This document shows positions 11,833 to 23,544 of a stretch of 64,000 nt of DNA, in pieces. The position numbers and the translations under genes are program-made. Under the pieces are notes generated by a model that saw only the letters and a list, made by a program, of their open reading frames with translations, did no database searches and had not been told where the DNA came from. Origin of the DNA: Dimorphilus gyrociliatus (taxonomy: Eukaryota > Animalia > Annelida); assembly GCA_904063045.1 (NCBI GenBank), contig CAJFCJ010000008.1, positions 186,001-250,000 on the forward strand, read 5' to 3'. Every line of letters starts with the position of its first letter. The first letter of the stretch is position 1.

Positions 11833-12878
11833 ATGAACGCTATAATATCACCAACACCGGTTCTCTTTATTCCTGATAAGAATTCGGTTGGTAAAATATT
11901 CTATCATAAACCAGAAGGAGACATTTGCCGGTTAGTTACACTTTAAATTAAAAATATAAATTCTTTAGCTTAGTCTGTTCTTTTTGTGCATAACGACAAT
12001 AATGGTAATATACCCTCATTAGATTAAAAATATCCAAGTTGAACGTTCTAAATGCTCATCATCTGCAGACTAATGGTGATAAAGGACAGTATAGTTTGAC
12101 TGTGGATCCTTCCGTACATATTACTTCTGGTTTATTTTTGGCTACGGTGTTTCTTAATTGTATTTCAAAAGAAACGCTTAAAACTTATACTTCAAATACT
12201 GTAAACGTTTTCGCTGGCGAACCTGAAAATCAAATTGGAACTCTTAATGACGACCCACATTTTCTTCAATCTGTTAGAGATAGCAATACGAAAAATTTTG
12301 TCAGGATTTGTTATGATGTTGTTGGTGAATCTAATCAATATATATTTATCGCTGGAAATCGGCATTTGAATATATCTATTTATGGCGTACTGAGAGATGA
12401 TTACTACATGAGTAGTGTCATTATAAAAACATCTGCTGGAGAAGTAGTGATTACTGTTGATGGAGTTATAGTAAACAATCGATTAATTGAATTGGATTCA
12501 TTGGATCCATTTAATATTGATACTCACGATTTTCATATATCAGAATCAGAAAAAGGTTTGGCCATAAAGCATCATCACGCTAATTTTCCAACAATTTACA
12601 TCTATCATCAAACTAATGATGTATCAAGTAGATTTTTGAACTTTGAACTATCATCACTTTATCAAATTGATACTGGCGTAATGGGAACTATTGAACAAAA
12701 AATGTTTGAATTCTATGAAAGAGTACAAGAAAATTCATTCGCCGGAGCCGTAAAAGTAGATCATTTTCTTAATAGAGCATGGTTAGCTAAACGAGGACGA
12801 AATGAATGTTGGCTAGTAGATACCAATGATTTATTAAGACCACTTACAATAAATAACTTTATTAAAAGTACTGTATAA
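11833..12878 (+). CDS. Small protein: N-terminal domain + ITIH C-terminal-like domain (copy B, about 317 aa), divergent paralogue of copy A
   Basis: Exons 11833-11930 (MNAIISPTPV..DIC) and 12023-12878, with a 92-nt phase-2 intron at the same position after Cys as in copy A. Motifs DDPHF, ICYDVVG, DDYYM, GVMG, GAVKV and CWLV are shared with copy A. Confidence 0.8.
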
Positions 12879-13151
12879 GTGTATAAGTTAATGAAAATTT
12901 TTATATCTTTCTTATTTAAAGTATACATTTTTTCATTATTGAAAATACAATAATCTTTACTTCGCTAAATTGAGAGAGTTTATTAGAATGTATAGTTACT
13001 ATTACTATTCACAAAAAGTAGATCAAGTTTAACAACAGCATAATACTATGAAGAGGACAACATACATCTAGACAATCTTGAGTAATTAGTATAAATGCAA
13101 ACTTATATACTGACAATAACAATGAAGTGTAAATAGAGAACTGATTTTGAC

Positions 13152-14222
13152 TTAATATTTTGCCACTGAAGTATGGTTACTGCTACTACTAGGATTACTA
13201 TGGCAATTAATATCTTCTGTAGAATTATCAGGCTTTCTCAATGCAAACAATGTTGTAATTCTCTTTCTAAAATTTGAATTGAAATAGGCAAAAAGGAAAA
13301 AGTTTGCCGATGAATTGATTAAAGTTATATTATCAGTTAAAAGGGCGAAATACATAAATGGATGTCCGCATAATATCGATTTCTTAAAATATAATCCAGA
13401 TATTATTAATCTAAAAATTTCAAACGAAAAGCAGATTACGAATAGTATATTAACAGACATCAGAGTTCTTGTTAAATATCTAGCTTTAGAGGTTAAAACG
13501 GAATTATCGGTTGAGACTTTCGTATTAAGACTTTTTAGAATGTAGATCGTGAGTAACAATGTTGCTACGAAAGGAATGATTATAACTACAATGTTATGTA
13601 ATATTATTCTGTATGAAATGCCATAAATTTCGTTTTTTTTCAAATCTGTTGGACTATAGTGCCAACGTTGTGTTTTTTGATAAAAACGAGGTTCAAATTC
13701 AAAATTTCTCACAAAAGCAAATGCAAATGCAACTATATAGAATGTAACTACTATCATTTTAGCTTTTTGTGGAGTGAAAATTCTAGCAGAGGTTGGTTTG
13801 CATATAGCCAAATATCTGTCAATAGAGATAGCTACTATTAGCCAATTTGATGTTATTCTACCACTTGTTCCAACTGCATTCAAATATCGCATGCCATACG
13901 CAGGAATCTTTGAATAATTCCTTATCGTTTCTATACTGGAATAAATCAAGCAAGCCGGAAAAGATATTAAAATAAACTTTAAAACAAGTAGAAGTATATC
14001 AGAAAATTCCAAGGCCAAGACAAGTATACTACTTGTTGTCAAATTCCATCGTTTATTAGACATCGTAGCCCACACAAAAGCGGCCAAACTATTAAATATA
14101 GTGCCAAATGCACATAGAAAACTTCTTATACAGCCTCCAACGATAAAAAGATACCATTCACAAGTTGCTCCTGTGGAACTTGTTCCATTAGTATCTTTAA
14201 CAACTGCTGATGTTATGTTCAT
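13152..14222 (-). CDS. Class A peptide GPCR, FMRFamide-receptor-like group, 356 aa, intronless CDS
   Basis: Seven hydrophobic segments, N-terminal sequons (NIT, NGT), SNWLIVAISIDRYLAICKP and NSSANFFLF. A possible 5' UTR intron lies at 14341-14240. Confidence 0.92.
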   Translation of the reverse strand: MNITSAVVKDTNGTSSTGATCEWYLFIVGGCIRSFLCAFGTIFNSLAAFVWATMSNKRWNLTTSSILVLALEFSDILLLVLKFILISFPACLIYSSIETIRNYSKIPAYGMRYLNAVGTSGRITSNWLIVAISIDRYLAICKPTSARIFTPQKAKMIVVTFYIVAFAFAFVRNFEFEPRFYQKTQRWHYSPTDLKKNEIYGISYRIILHNIVVIIIPFVATLLLTIYILKSLNTKVSTDNSVLTSKARYLTRTLMSVNILFVICFSFEIFRLIISGLYFKKSILCGHPFMYFALLTDNITLINSSANFFLFAYFNSNFRKRITTLFALRKPDNSTEDINCHSNPSSSSNHTSVAKY

Positions 14223-15728
14223 TATGACGTTTTCTTTTTCTAAAATTTGTTATTATATTTAATAATTTTAATGTCACATAAAAAAAATAATCCTGCCAAT
14301 CAGGCATCATTTAAATGTCATACGCTTAGCAAGAAGCCTACCTGATAAGATTATAACAGAAGGAGGGGGGAGGGAGAGAATTAGACTCAGGTATCGTTAA
14401 AATATCAAATTTTATCGCTACAATAAAGTAATTCTGTTGCATTTCTAAATAAAAACAGTAATTATATATGAAAAAAGTCCTGAGATTTTTTTATATTTCT
14501 CTAATGCATTCAGTTTAATACAAAACTTACTTTACAAGTATTCTAATGAGTAATGATTTCTTTATCTTCAGATGTTTCTTTTTTTTTCTTCTCTTTAAGA
14601 AATCTTATTCTCAGGTTTTACAAACTTAAAAACTATTTCTTTAATCAAATCGCCTATGTTTTCTTATATATTAATCAAAACTTAAAGTATAGGTAAATGC
14701 TTTAAACAAGAAAATGTAGCTTGTTAACACCAAGGCAAAACAAGGATTAATTAATGTTTAAATAGTATTCTCCAACAGTGTTTGCAATAACTGCATTTTT
14801 CTACTAATTTGTTATAAGGAACAATGTGTATTGTATTATACTTAGAATATATCAATATACTATTCACCTTTATAAATCTTTACAGTTTTTTATGATTTAA
14901 TTCTTTTCTTACTTGTTACCTAAAAATACTTTTTGCTTATTTATCTTCTTTTCAATTCATTGCTCAATACTATTGGAAGGAAACTTTGCAGTTTTTTCCC
15001 TTTATTCCTCTCTCTCTATCTATCTCTCTCTCCTTCTTTCTCCTATTTCTCCATGCCTTTCAATTATAAAATATTATAAATTTATATAATATGGAAATAG
15101 ACGAAACAGTCAATTTTTATTATGTTTCTTATTGAAATTAGCCTACTTGTTAGGTGGAATACGAAATTGTTTATCAGGAGTTATTCATCATTTATAGAAC
15201 TTTGACTTTGTTTCCCTAATCGTTTAGTGATTATTTTTTCAATTTTAACGTAATCTCATTTGTACTAAATTTTTTATTTATTGAAATAATTATCTATAAG
15301 ATTTCGTAATCTAGAAAAAACCTTCTCATATTTCTCTTAAGACAAATATACGAAAAGAGCGAAGAATTATTCAAAATACTAATAGAATTAGAATATAGAA
15401 TTCATAGTTGAAAAATGAGAAGGGTGTTACAATGTATCAATATTGAATTGTTGATACAAAATATCAAAAATTCAAGTGGCTTCTGACAATCACCTATTAT
15501 CGTTTTACACGAAACAATGAAAAGAAATATAGAATATTTTAGATGTATTAAGATAGAAAACCGAGATGCTTATTTGAAATAACTTCAATCCTATATTTAT
15601 TAAAAGAATAACTACCAAAATAGCATATTTTAAGCAAAGATTATAAAATATATAACATTTAACTGAGACAAAAAACATTAATGTTTGTAAAAGTTTTCTA
15701 TTTTTGCAAAGAGATACTTATATATAAA

Positions 15729-18346
15729 TTACCAAGCCCTTATACCATTCTGCATAGTACTCTGCATATAGGATGCATTCTGCGCTGTTTGAGCTGGTGG
15801 AACTGAATACCCTGTAGATGGCGCAAACATAAATGAACCATAGTGCGACGAATAGGGGTTGGATGGTGTAACGCAAGTTTTACCATCTCTAACAATCAAG
15901 GGAACGGCTACTCTTCTAGGCGATTGAATTGCTGATAATTCCAAAGTTCTATCTTGTTTTTGTCTCTTCATTTTATATCTTCTATTTAATGTGAAGAAAA
16001 AGAAAAGATATAGATAAAGTTATAAGTAAGTAAAAGTAATGAATATTTAATACTAATAATAGCACGCACATATATATAAACATATAGTTAGAGATCTAGA
16101 GATTTCAAAAATCTATTTTTTTTTTCAATAGATAAATATGTTTTCTTGAAAGTATATTTTTAGAGAAATTCTCTCAATGAATCACGATTCAACCCATAAA
16201 TTAAAGTTTGAGTGGTGACATTTGATACTTGAAGGTAATTTATTAAGAAAAAATTAGGTTTAAAATGATTACAAACCTATTTTGGAACCAGATCTTCACC
16301 TGAGTAGAAGTGAGTTTTAGAAGTCGAGCTAACTGATCTCTTTCGGGAGCACTCAAGTATTTCTGCTGTTTAAATCTCCTCTCCAATTCGAAAACTTGAG
16401 TTTGAGAGAATAAAACACGAGGTTTTCGTTTCGTCTTCTGTCTTAGAAGGTGGCATTCTTCGGGATCGATTTTGGTGACTGGATCAACAGAAGTCTTCTT
16501 TTTTACCATTGTTTGAGGTGATGAAGCTGGTAGAGGAAGATAATTCGTTTCGGGAGGTTTCTCCATGCCGCAAACTATAAATTAATTGCAATAAAACTAT
16601 CTTATCGATACATTTTTTCACATTTTTTGATATAATTTTTGTTAGATAACAAATTACTTGTTAACTAGTTCACTTTGTGAAAAAATTAAACTTGTTATCG
16701 TAATACAAGTACTTATTAAATATCTTTCTCGTTCTACTTATTCTATTTCCACTAATCCATTCAAGATTAAAAAAAGAGAATATATATATATATATTTAAT
16801 ATATTTAAGAAACCGCTAAGACTGTTTAAGTGTTAAGATATTGCGCAATTTTCATTTACAGGGTCAAAGAAAAATAGTCGCCCTTTAAATATTGATTTAA
16901 CGGGGCCTTGAAGGATCTTTTACCCAATTAGGCAAAGGTATCCTAGAGTGTAAGTAAACTAAAATGTCCACAAGACGGAAGATGTCTAGGTAGGCTTATT
17001 CCTGTTTTCTTTTCTTTTTTAAATATCTTATGTAGTTGGATAGAAACAATGAGACAAGAAATAAAATAAAATGCCCGGCTGGTTTCAGTTAAAATTGAAA
17101 TAAGAGGAAAATTAAGTATAGTTTGAGCTTAAAACTATATAGAATAAAATTTATTGGTTTTGAAAGATAGAAAGAATATGGATTTAAAGGGAGGGAGTTT
17201 GTTCTAGTTTTTATTTTTTACTTGTTTTCAAATTTGATGGTTGATGCGTGTGTGTGTGTGTGTATGTGTGTGTGTTTTCATTTTGCTTTGACCTCACTTT
17301 AAGAAAGTGATGAATAAATATATTACAAACATTATGTAATCTTATTAGACAGAGTATAAACATTCGACACTCTAAAGTGTCTTACTGGCTTGGACAAAGA
17401 ACAGAGTGGAGGAACTTTCAACGTTGTTGTTCTTCTCCTCCCTCCTCTTAATATACTATGATTAAGTACATCTACCTTTAACGAAAATGAAGAAAGAGAT
17501 AAGGAAAGAAAATAACAACTAAGAGAGAATAAAAATTAATTTAGGTCATCTGTATATCATTGATATACTAAAAATAATTGCAGACAATAAAAAAGCTTAA
17601 AAAAGAATGACGTTAATCTTATGCCAAGTAAAAATGCTTTGTCTTAGATATGATAAGATAAGCGAAATAAAAGGTTCTTTTATAAAATTCAAAATTTCAA
17701 GACTTCTTCCTCTAGTACACTCTTATATTTTTCTTATAAAAAAAGGAAGCTTTGCGGTGGTCCAAGTAGAATATTATTTGCTTTATTAATTGATCTAAAT
17801 AGATAAAAAAAAACAGCGAAAAAGAAAACATATATGAATATGTTTTGAAAGAAGATAGTGTAATTAGTTCGAAAATGGTGTTTAGTTGATCGTTTGTTGA
17901 TAGAATACTTTAAGAATGTTAAAATTTCTATTGATTGAAGAGAGGAAATGGATAGATAGATATAAATAAAGGAAAAGAATACAATATTAAAAATCTTTGC
18001 TATAATATGTATCAGTTATACATAAATATTGGATCTTATATATATAAATAAATGTAAAAGCGTAATATTAACCTTTATTGCCGATTGTTAAATCTTGACG
18101 ATAGCCGACGTTTTGAAGACCTGTTTCATAGTTGGTATGGGCATTTTGAAAGCCGTATGGTGGAGGTAGACAGCAATTCGATGGATATTGGTAGTCACAA
18201 GAACTTTGGTATGTTAAAGCTTCGTGCTGTCCGTTAAAATTCATAGCCTGATTCGGAATCTGGGGTCCGTTCTGCAAATTTTCAGTTGTCTGTAAATTTA
18301 AAATATTCCTCATCGAAAATCTGGAATCGTCGTGCATAAACTCCAT
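15729..18346 (-). CDS. NK4: NK4/tinman/Nkx2.5-class homeobox transcription factor, 274 aa
   Basis: Exons 18346-18073, 16574-16277 and 15981-15729 (phases 1 and 2). Contains the TN/eh1 motif FSMRNILNL; homeodomain [37 protein letters not shown] (the KPR/DQLA/TST signature of the Nkx2.5 class); NK2-[15 protein letters not shown]; and C-terminal GIRAW. Confidence 0.93.
17248..17274. repeat. (TG)n microsatellite in NK4 intron 1
   Basis: Read directly, one interruption. Confidence 0.9.
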
Positions 18347-20525
18347 TTATCTGTTATCATTATCCTTTAAGTGGTCTCTTGCTTATAATTGTAATTGACA
18401 GTCTCTTAGGTTATGGATATCTTGCGCGTAAGAGGCTAGCACTTGTACTAAAGTACTACCGATATACCTATAGGCCTATTCCAGAGTGGTTAGAGAATAT
18501 CTCATTAATAATTACAGACACTCTAACGGATGAAAGACAAAAACAAGACTATACTCAACCGTTCTCAACCGGAGGGATTCACTCTAAACGCCTAAAAAAA
18601 CTTCTCAACCAATCAACGATCAGGAAAAATCTCGCGCCTGCGCACTAGATAAAAACTCCTTAAATTTCATTTTAATGTATACGAATCGTATACTTATTAG
18701 CTGTTTAATAGTCTAATAAATCCTAAGTCAAAACTCAAACAAGTCGGCCGCTTCATAATACGAATAAATTAAACTTGTAAATCTATTTAAATTACTATCG
18801 TAAAAGGATGATTAATAATTAGCATTGGTTTTTTATTGCCGCTTCGGGCAATCGTTTTCTATACCGATCGTATCTTCCCTTTTTGATCAATTGTCACATT
18901 TAAATGGATATTCGATAGCTCGTTAGAAGAGTCTATATATTTCTTTTCTCTAGTTAAACTTATTTAACAAAATCATATTGCGATCTTTAGAGATCATTAA
19001 CTAGTAAGTTCTATCATTAACCACTCGAAATAAATAGAAATTTAGCTATCATTCATTAACTTTTAACAAGATGAAAGAAGGAGAAGAAGAGAGAATCAGG
19101 CTTATATTTTTTCTCAATCTCAAGTAGTTTATAAATTATTCATAAGCCGACCAAATTGAATATCTTAGTCTATGCTTACAAAGCTATTTGGACAAAATAT
19201 GGCCTATTTTACCTTATACTTAAGTTATTTAGAAATTGCCGAAAATGAGGATCTAATGGATTTTAAAAGGTTTTTTTCTGATTTGTACAACATTTAGAGA
19301 AATTAGTTAACCACGCCCTAATTTACATAGATTAATAGATTGAATACGACTAAAAAGACCACTAAAAGCACATCACAACCAAAGATTTTTTTTTTATTGA
19401 CCTTCAATTGGAAAAAAATTATAGTGATTACGGCCATTAGGGAGGTAAATATAAAAGGGAAAATAGAGTGATTGATTCACTCTCATTATTCACGGCTTTT
19501 AAGTATCTTAACAAGAACGGTTTTTCATTTATCTTCATTCTTTTTGTCTGCTGAATTTATTCTGCTTTTCCTTTAAAAGGATAATAACCTAAGCTTTAAT
19601 ATTACTTGTATAAAAATAATAAGTAACAAGACAGAAGAAACAGGTCTGCGCAAATTCAATGATTAAAGAAAGTGTTTATATTTTGATTATTTCCACCACT
19701 TTTCCCAAACTACAGTTCCTTCGATGGATCCGATAAGGAAATTCCCTCCTAATGGCCGCGGCACAACAAATCTTATCTCTACCGTTTGTAGATAACGCTA
19801 AGAGCATCTTCATATAGGCCTACGAACTAAAATACGGAGTACGTTTGTCAAGATCGACTCTCTTCGGATATTAATCACGCCTGACATCCTGTTGTCCTGC
19901 CCTTACGTCTGTTTATTGTAACTTTATCAATTAAGCATACATATCCTCATTTATATATCTCTAAGTCTATTGTTTGTAGCTCTCCAATTGTCTGGAAAGA
20001 TTGATGATAGTTTATGGTTACGCAATAAAATCTCTGTCAAAAAAAATTTTGGATGGAAAAAAATCCGTTGTTTGTGGCGAGCAAACAAAGCGGAGGTTAA
20101 ATACACCGAACCTCTTAAGTTTGTTTGTTCGACTTGTTGCCTTTTTAATGAGCTGAATAATTTTTCAATCCTTGTTTGAACTATTTTCTCAAATCGCTGT
20201 CTAAAAACACGTGATGATTTCGTTTATCTTTATCTTGTTTTTCTTTCTTGTTTTTGTTTTTTAAGATAAAATGATTGTTCTTTAGACAAATTTTCTCAAT
20301 TCACAAAAAGTCAATTAGTTTCTACCTTGAATAAGATATTTTAATAATTTATATAAATAAATTCAATTCCTAATTCATTTCTATACAATGAAAAAATGTA
20401 TACGGAACACTTCACTTATAAGATTAGAATGGTTTAAAAAAGAAATTTAAAACCTACCTTAAATGTTTGAAAAACCGATACACCAACGTCTAAGAAATGA
20501 AAAAGGGGTTAATTTAGGTCGAAGT

Positions 20526-20578
20526 CCAATTGACCAACCAATCAGCGTCGTGCCATAGTAAATATGAATTATGATTGG
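20526..20578. promoter_or_regulatory. CCAAT-box (NF-Y-like) cluster upstream of NK4
   Basis: CCAAT at 20526, CCAATCAGC at 20538 and reverse TGATTGGC at about 20572, within a locally CpG-richer patch. Confidence 0.4.
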
Positions 20579-23502
20579 CGGAGAAGGTTCACCGTACTGT
20601 CAGATCGATTAGGGAAAAGTAATGAAAATGGTAGGAAATAGACGATAGAGAACGAAAATAAGAATGATAAATGAGCGACGAATACTGCCATTGTTGCCTC
20701 TGGAGGCGATCATTCAGTCACTACTTAACACATATCATTCAGCGTGGTGCCATTCTCGGTATGGCGCACCCCAGGTGTGTCTTTTTACTTACTTTTTATC
20801 GCCTCTTTCCTTGTTTAGGCATTTTGCTTGTTTTCTAAACAGACAACCATGGGGTTTTATAATCACCCTAAGCGAAATTCTTATGATCTCTCAAGAAGAT
20901 CCATTAATAAAAATTGTTCATAAATTCTCTACATCCAATCTTTAAACATATTAATTGAAACTACTAAGTTATCTTTTACCCTAAAACCCTTCTATTTAAC
21001 AGTTAAGTATTTAATGGTTATATTCATAAAAAAGATAACAATTATGTCACATTTGTAAATGTCTTGTGTAAATAATAATAAAAATGATATTGATAATAAC
21101 ACTAAAAGTAAATCACAATATACGAAGAATAAAACTTTAAAACGTTTTTCAAGGACCTATGCCATTACTCTTTGCCTGGACAAGATTTAGCATCAGGCCT
21201 ATAAATCGTTTTTGATATGAAAACTAAACAAGCCATTTACAGTTTTAAATTACCATAAAGTAGAATTTTACAAATATTATGATAATGGGGAAGATAGGAT
21301 AAATTCTATATATTTTCAAAATAAATTGCCACCGTTTGGGTGGTCAATGGAGTGTATATTTATCATAAAGTTTTATCTATCAATATTGTTTTTCCTTATT
21401 TACACGCGTCTATTATGACGCTTTTTATCTCCTTTGACCTTCTAATGCTTGTGGGTTGGTGGTAAAATCGGTGGGGATAAGTGTCGAGCTCTTTGTTGAA
21501 TACTTGAATTATTTTGAAAGGTGCCTGATTTTTCGAGTGCTTCGGCTATAATTAACGACCTTTCCCTTTCGTTTATAACCTCTTTTTTAAGTGTGACTTT
21601 GTAAGCCATATAGTCCTTCAAAAGTGTTGTTTAGAACGTAGATTGTTTGTTATAGCAAATATATATATATATATATATAAGTAATTAATTTAACTAGTTA
21701 AGTAATACTGTACTTACGATATATATAGAAAACTCTTTGGAATACAGTTAAAAAAAAATCAAACTACGAATAACTTTTTATTTATTTAAAGTTAAAATGT
21801 TTATGTAATTAATAATTGTCAATGTAGGCTTAAAGATAGGAAATGTAAATCTGGCATTTAAAATTAATGAGAAGTTTGTGAAATGTTTCATACGGATGTC
21901 TTTTTTTTCTCTTAGTTGTTGTTTTTAACCATTTTATTTCAAATTTGAATTGGATTCTACATTTTCAGTATATATGTTAAATATTAATTTAATGACCTAA
22001 TTCTTAATTTATTCCATTATATTTTAATTGTAATAAATATTCTATTAAACTCTTTACAACTGATTTATTTACATTATTATTCTCTCTTACTTTTCTTATC
22101 TATTTGTTATTATCTATGTCAAGTTCTTGTTTTTGTACTTAACACGTTTATGTTTATATATTTATATATAAATTAATAATTAAAATAAAATCAAAATTCA
22201 ATAAATTAGTTGCTCTTCAATTTACGTGTGTTTTGTAAAGAGAAGCTAAATGTGCTGCCATCTAGAGTAGGTAGTGTAAAACGTAAGATTCCTGTAATGA
22301 TTATATAGCTTTGGGTACCGAAAAGAGCAGCTAATTGAATTTGATCTCCTTCTCTTTAATTGTCCTAGGATAATTTGTTATGCGAAGGATAAAGAACAAG
22401 AAACTAAATATAAATATATTTATAAATCAATTTTATGACTTTTGGATATATTAAATACTTAAGTTTAGAGGGAAAAATCCAGACATGACCTACATAAAGT
22501 TTGGCAGCTCAAGAGTTAAAAAATGAAAAAATGATTGTCCATTGAACTATTACACTCTATTATTAGAACTCATCAATTTTTTTGGGGTGGGTGATTTTGG
22601 CTTCAAAAGGCTAAACCCTTTGAATAATAATAAAGTGTTTGCTCATTCGGAATGCAGAATTTTTGTTTGTTTGTTGACAACATTGAATTGTAACAAAATA
22701 GAAAATGTCTTTACTATAGACTATTTTATTTAAGGACATAATAAAACTGATGCAAACTGGTATCCCCTATAGGTTTTCGAAGCAACAGTATAGAATGTGG
22801 AAATAAGTCACCAGAATAGGACTAAAGGGAAACTAACTCATCTATTGATTTGTATATTCAAAAAGATATATTTGAAACATTAGGATAAAAAATAACACAA
22901 GATAGTATTACGTATATCGCCTACTAAAATAATTTGGTCAATTTTTTGCCTAGTTTAGAAGGGGAAGAAGAATATTGTAGTGATTGTATTACGTTTCATT
23001 TCCTCTTTACTTCTATTCCTGATTACATTTATTGAATTTTCCGTGCAAAAAATAGCATGTAAATTTTATTTATTTGATCTATTAATATCTTATTCGAATT
23101 GAAAGATTTAGATATCTTCTCAATGTTTTTACTACTATAGATGGCGTTGGCAATTTAATAATGATAAGAGAAAAAGTTTTACTAAAATTGAAATGTTTGT
23201 TTTGACGAAAGTATTGACCTTGAAAATTGAAAATAATAATAAAAAATGGGTTAGAAATTGATAAAAAATTTTAAATCATTTGTAAATTTAAGTATTTTGT
23301 TATAATAAAAAAAAAATGGTTTTATCGGGCAAGAATGCGGAGTAAGTAAGCCTCAATTTCGTTCTACATTTTAGATAATTGACTTGAGTGCGTTGAGTGA
23401 CTTTAATAACGAAAATTATCAATAATTTTATAATATATTTAACAAATAGTTCTCTTTAATTTTCTTATATACTGCATATGAAATATATAAATATACAGTA
23501 TA

Positions 23503-23504
<2 letters not shown>

Positions 23505-23540
<36 letters not shown>
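23505..23540. repeat. (TA)18 microsatellite
   Basis: Read directly; preceded by TACAGTATAC. Confidence 0.95.

Positions 23541-23544
<4 letters not shown>

Noticed and set aside
15471-18375. TYAAGTG NK2-binding sites around NK4 as autoregulation
   Set aside because: Roughly 20 copies are expected by chance in this window, so they are uninformative.
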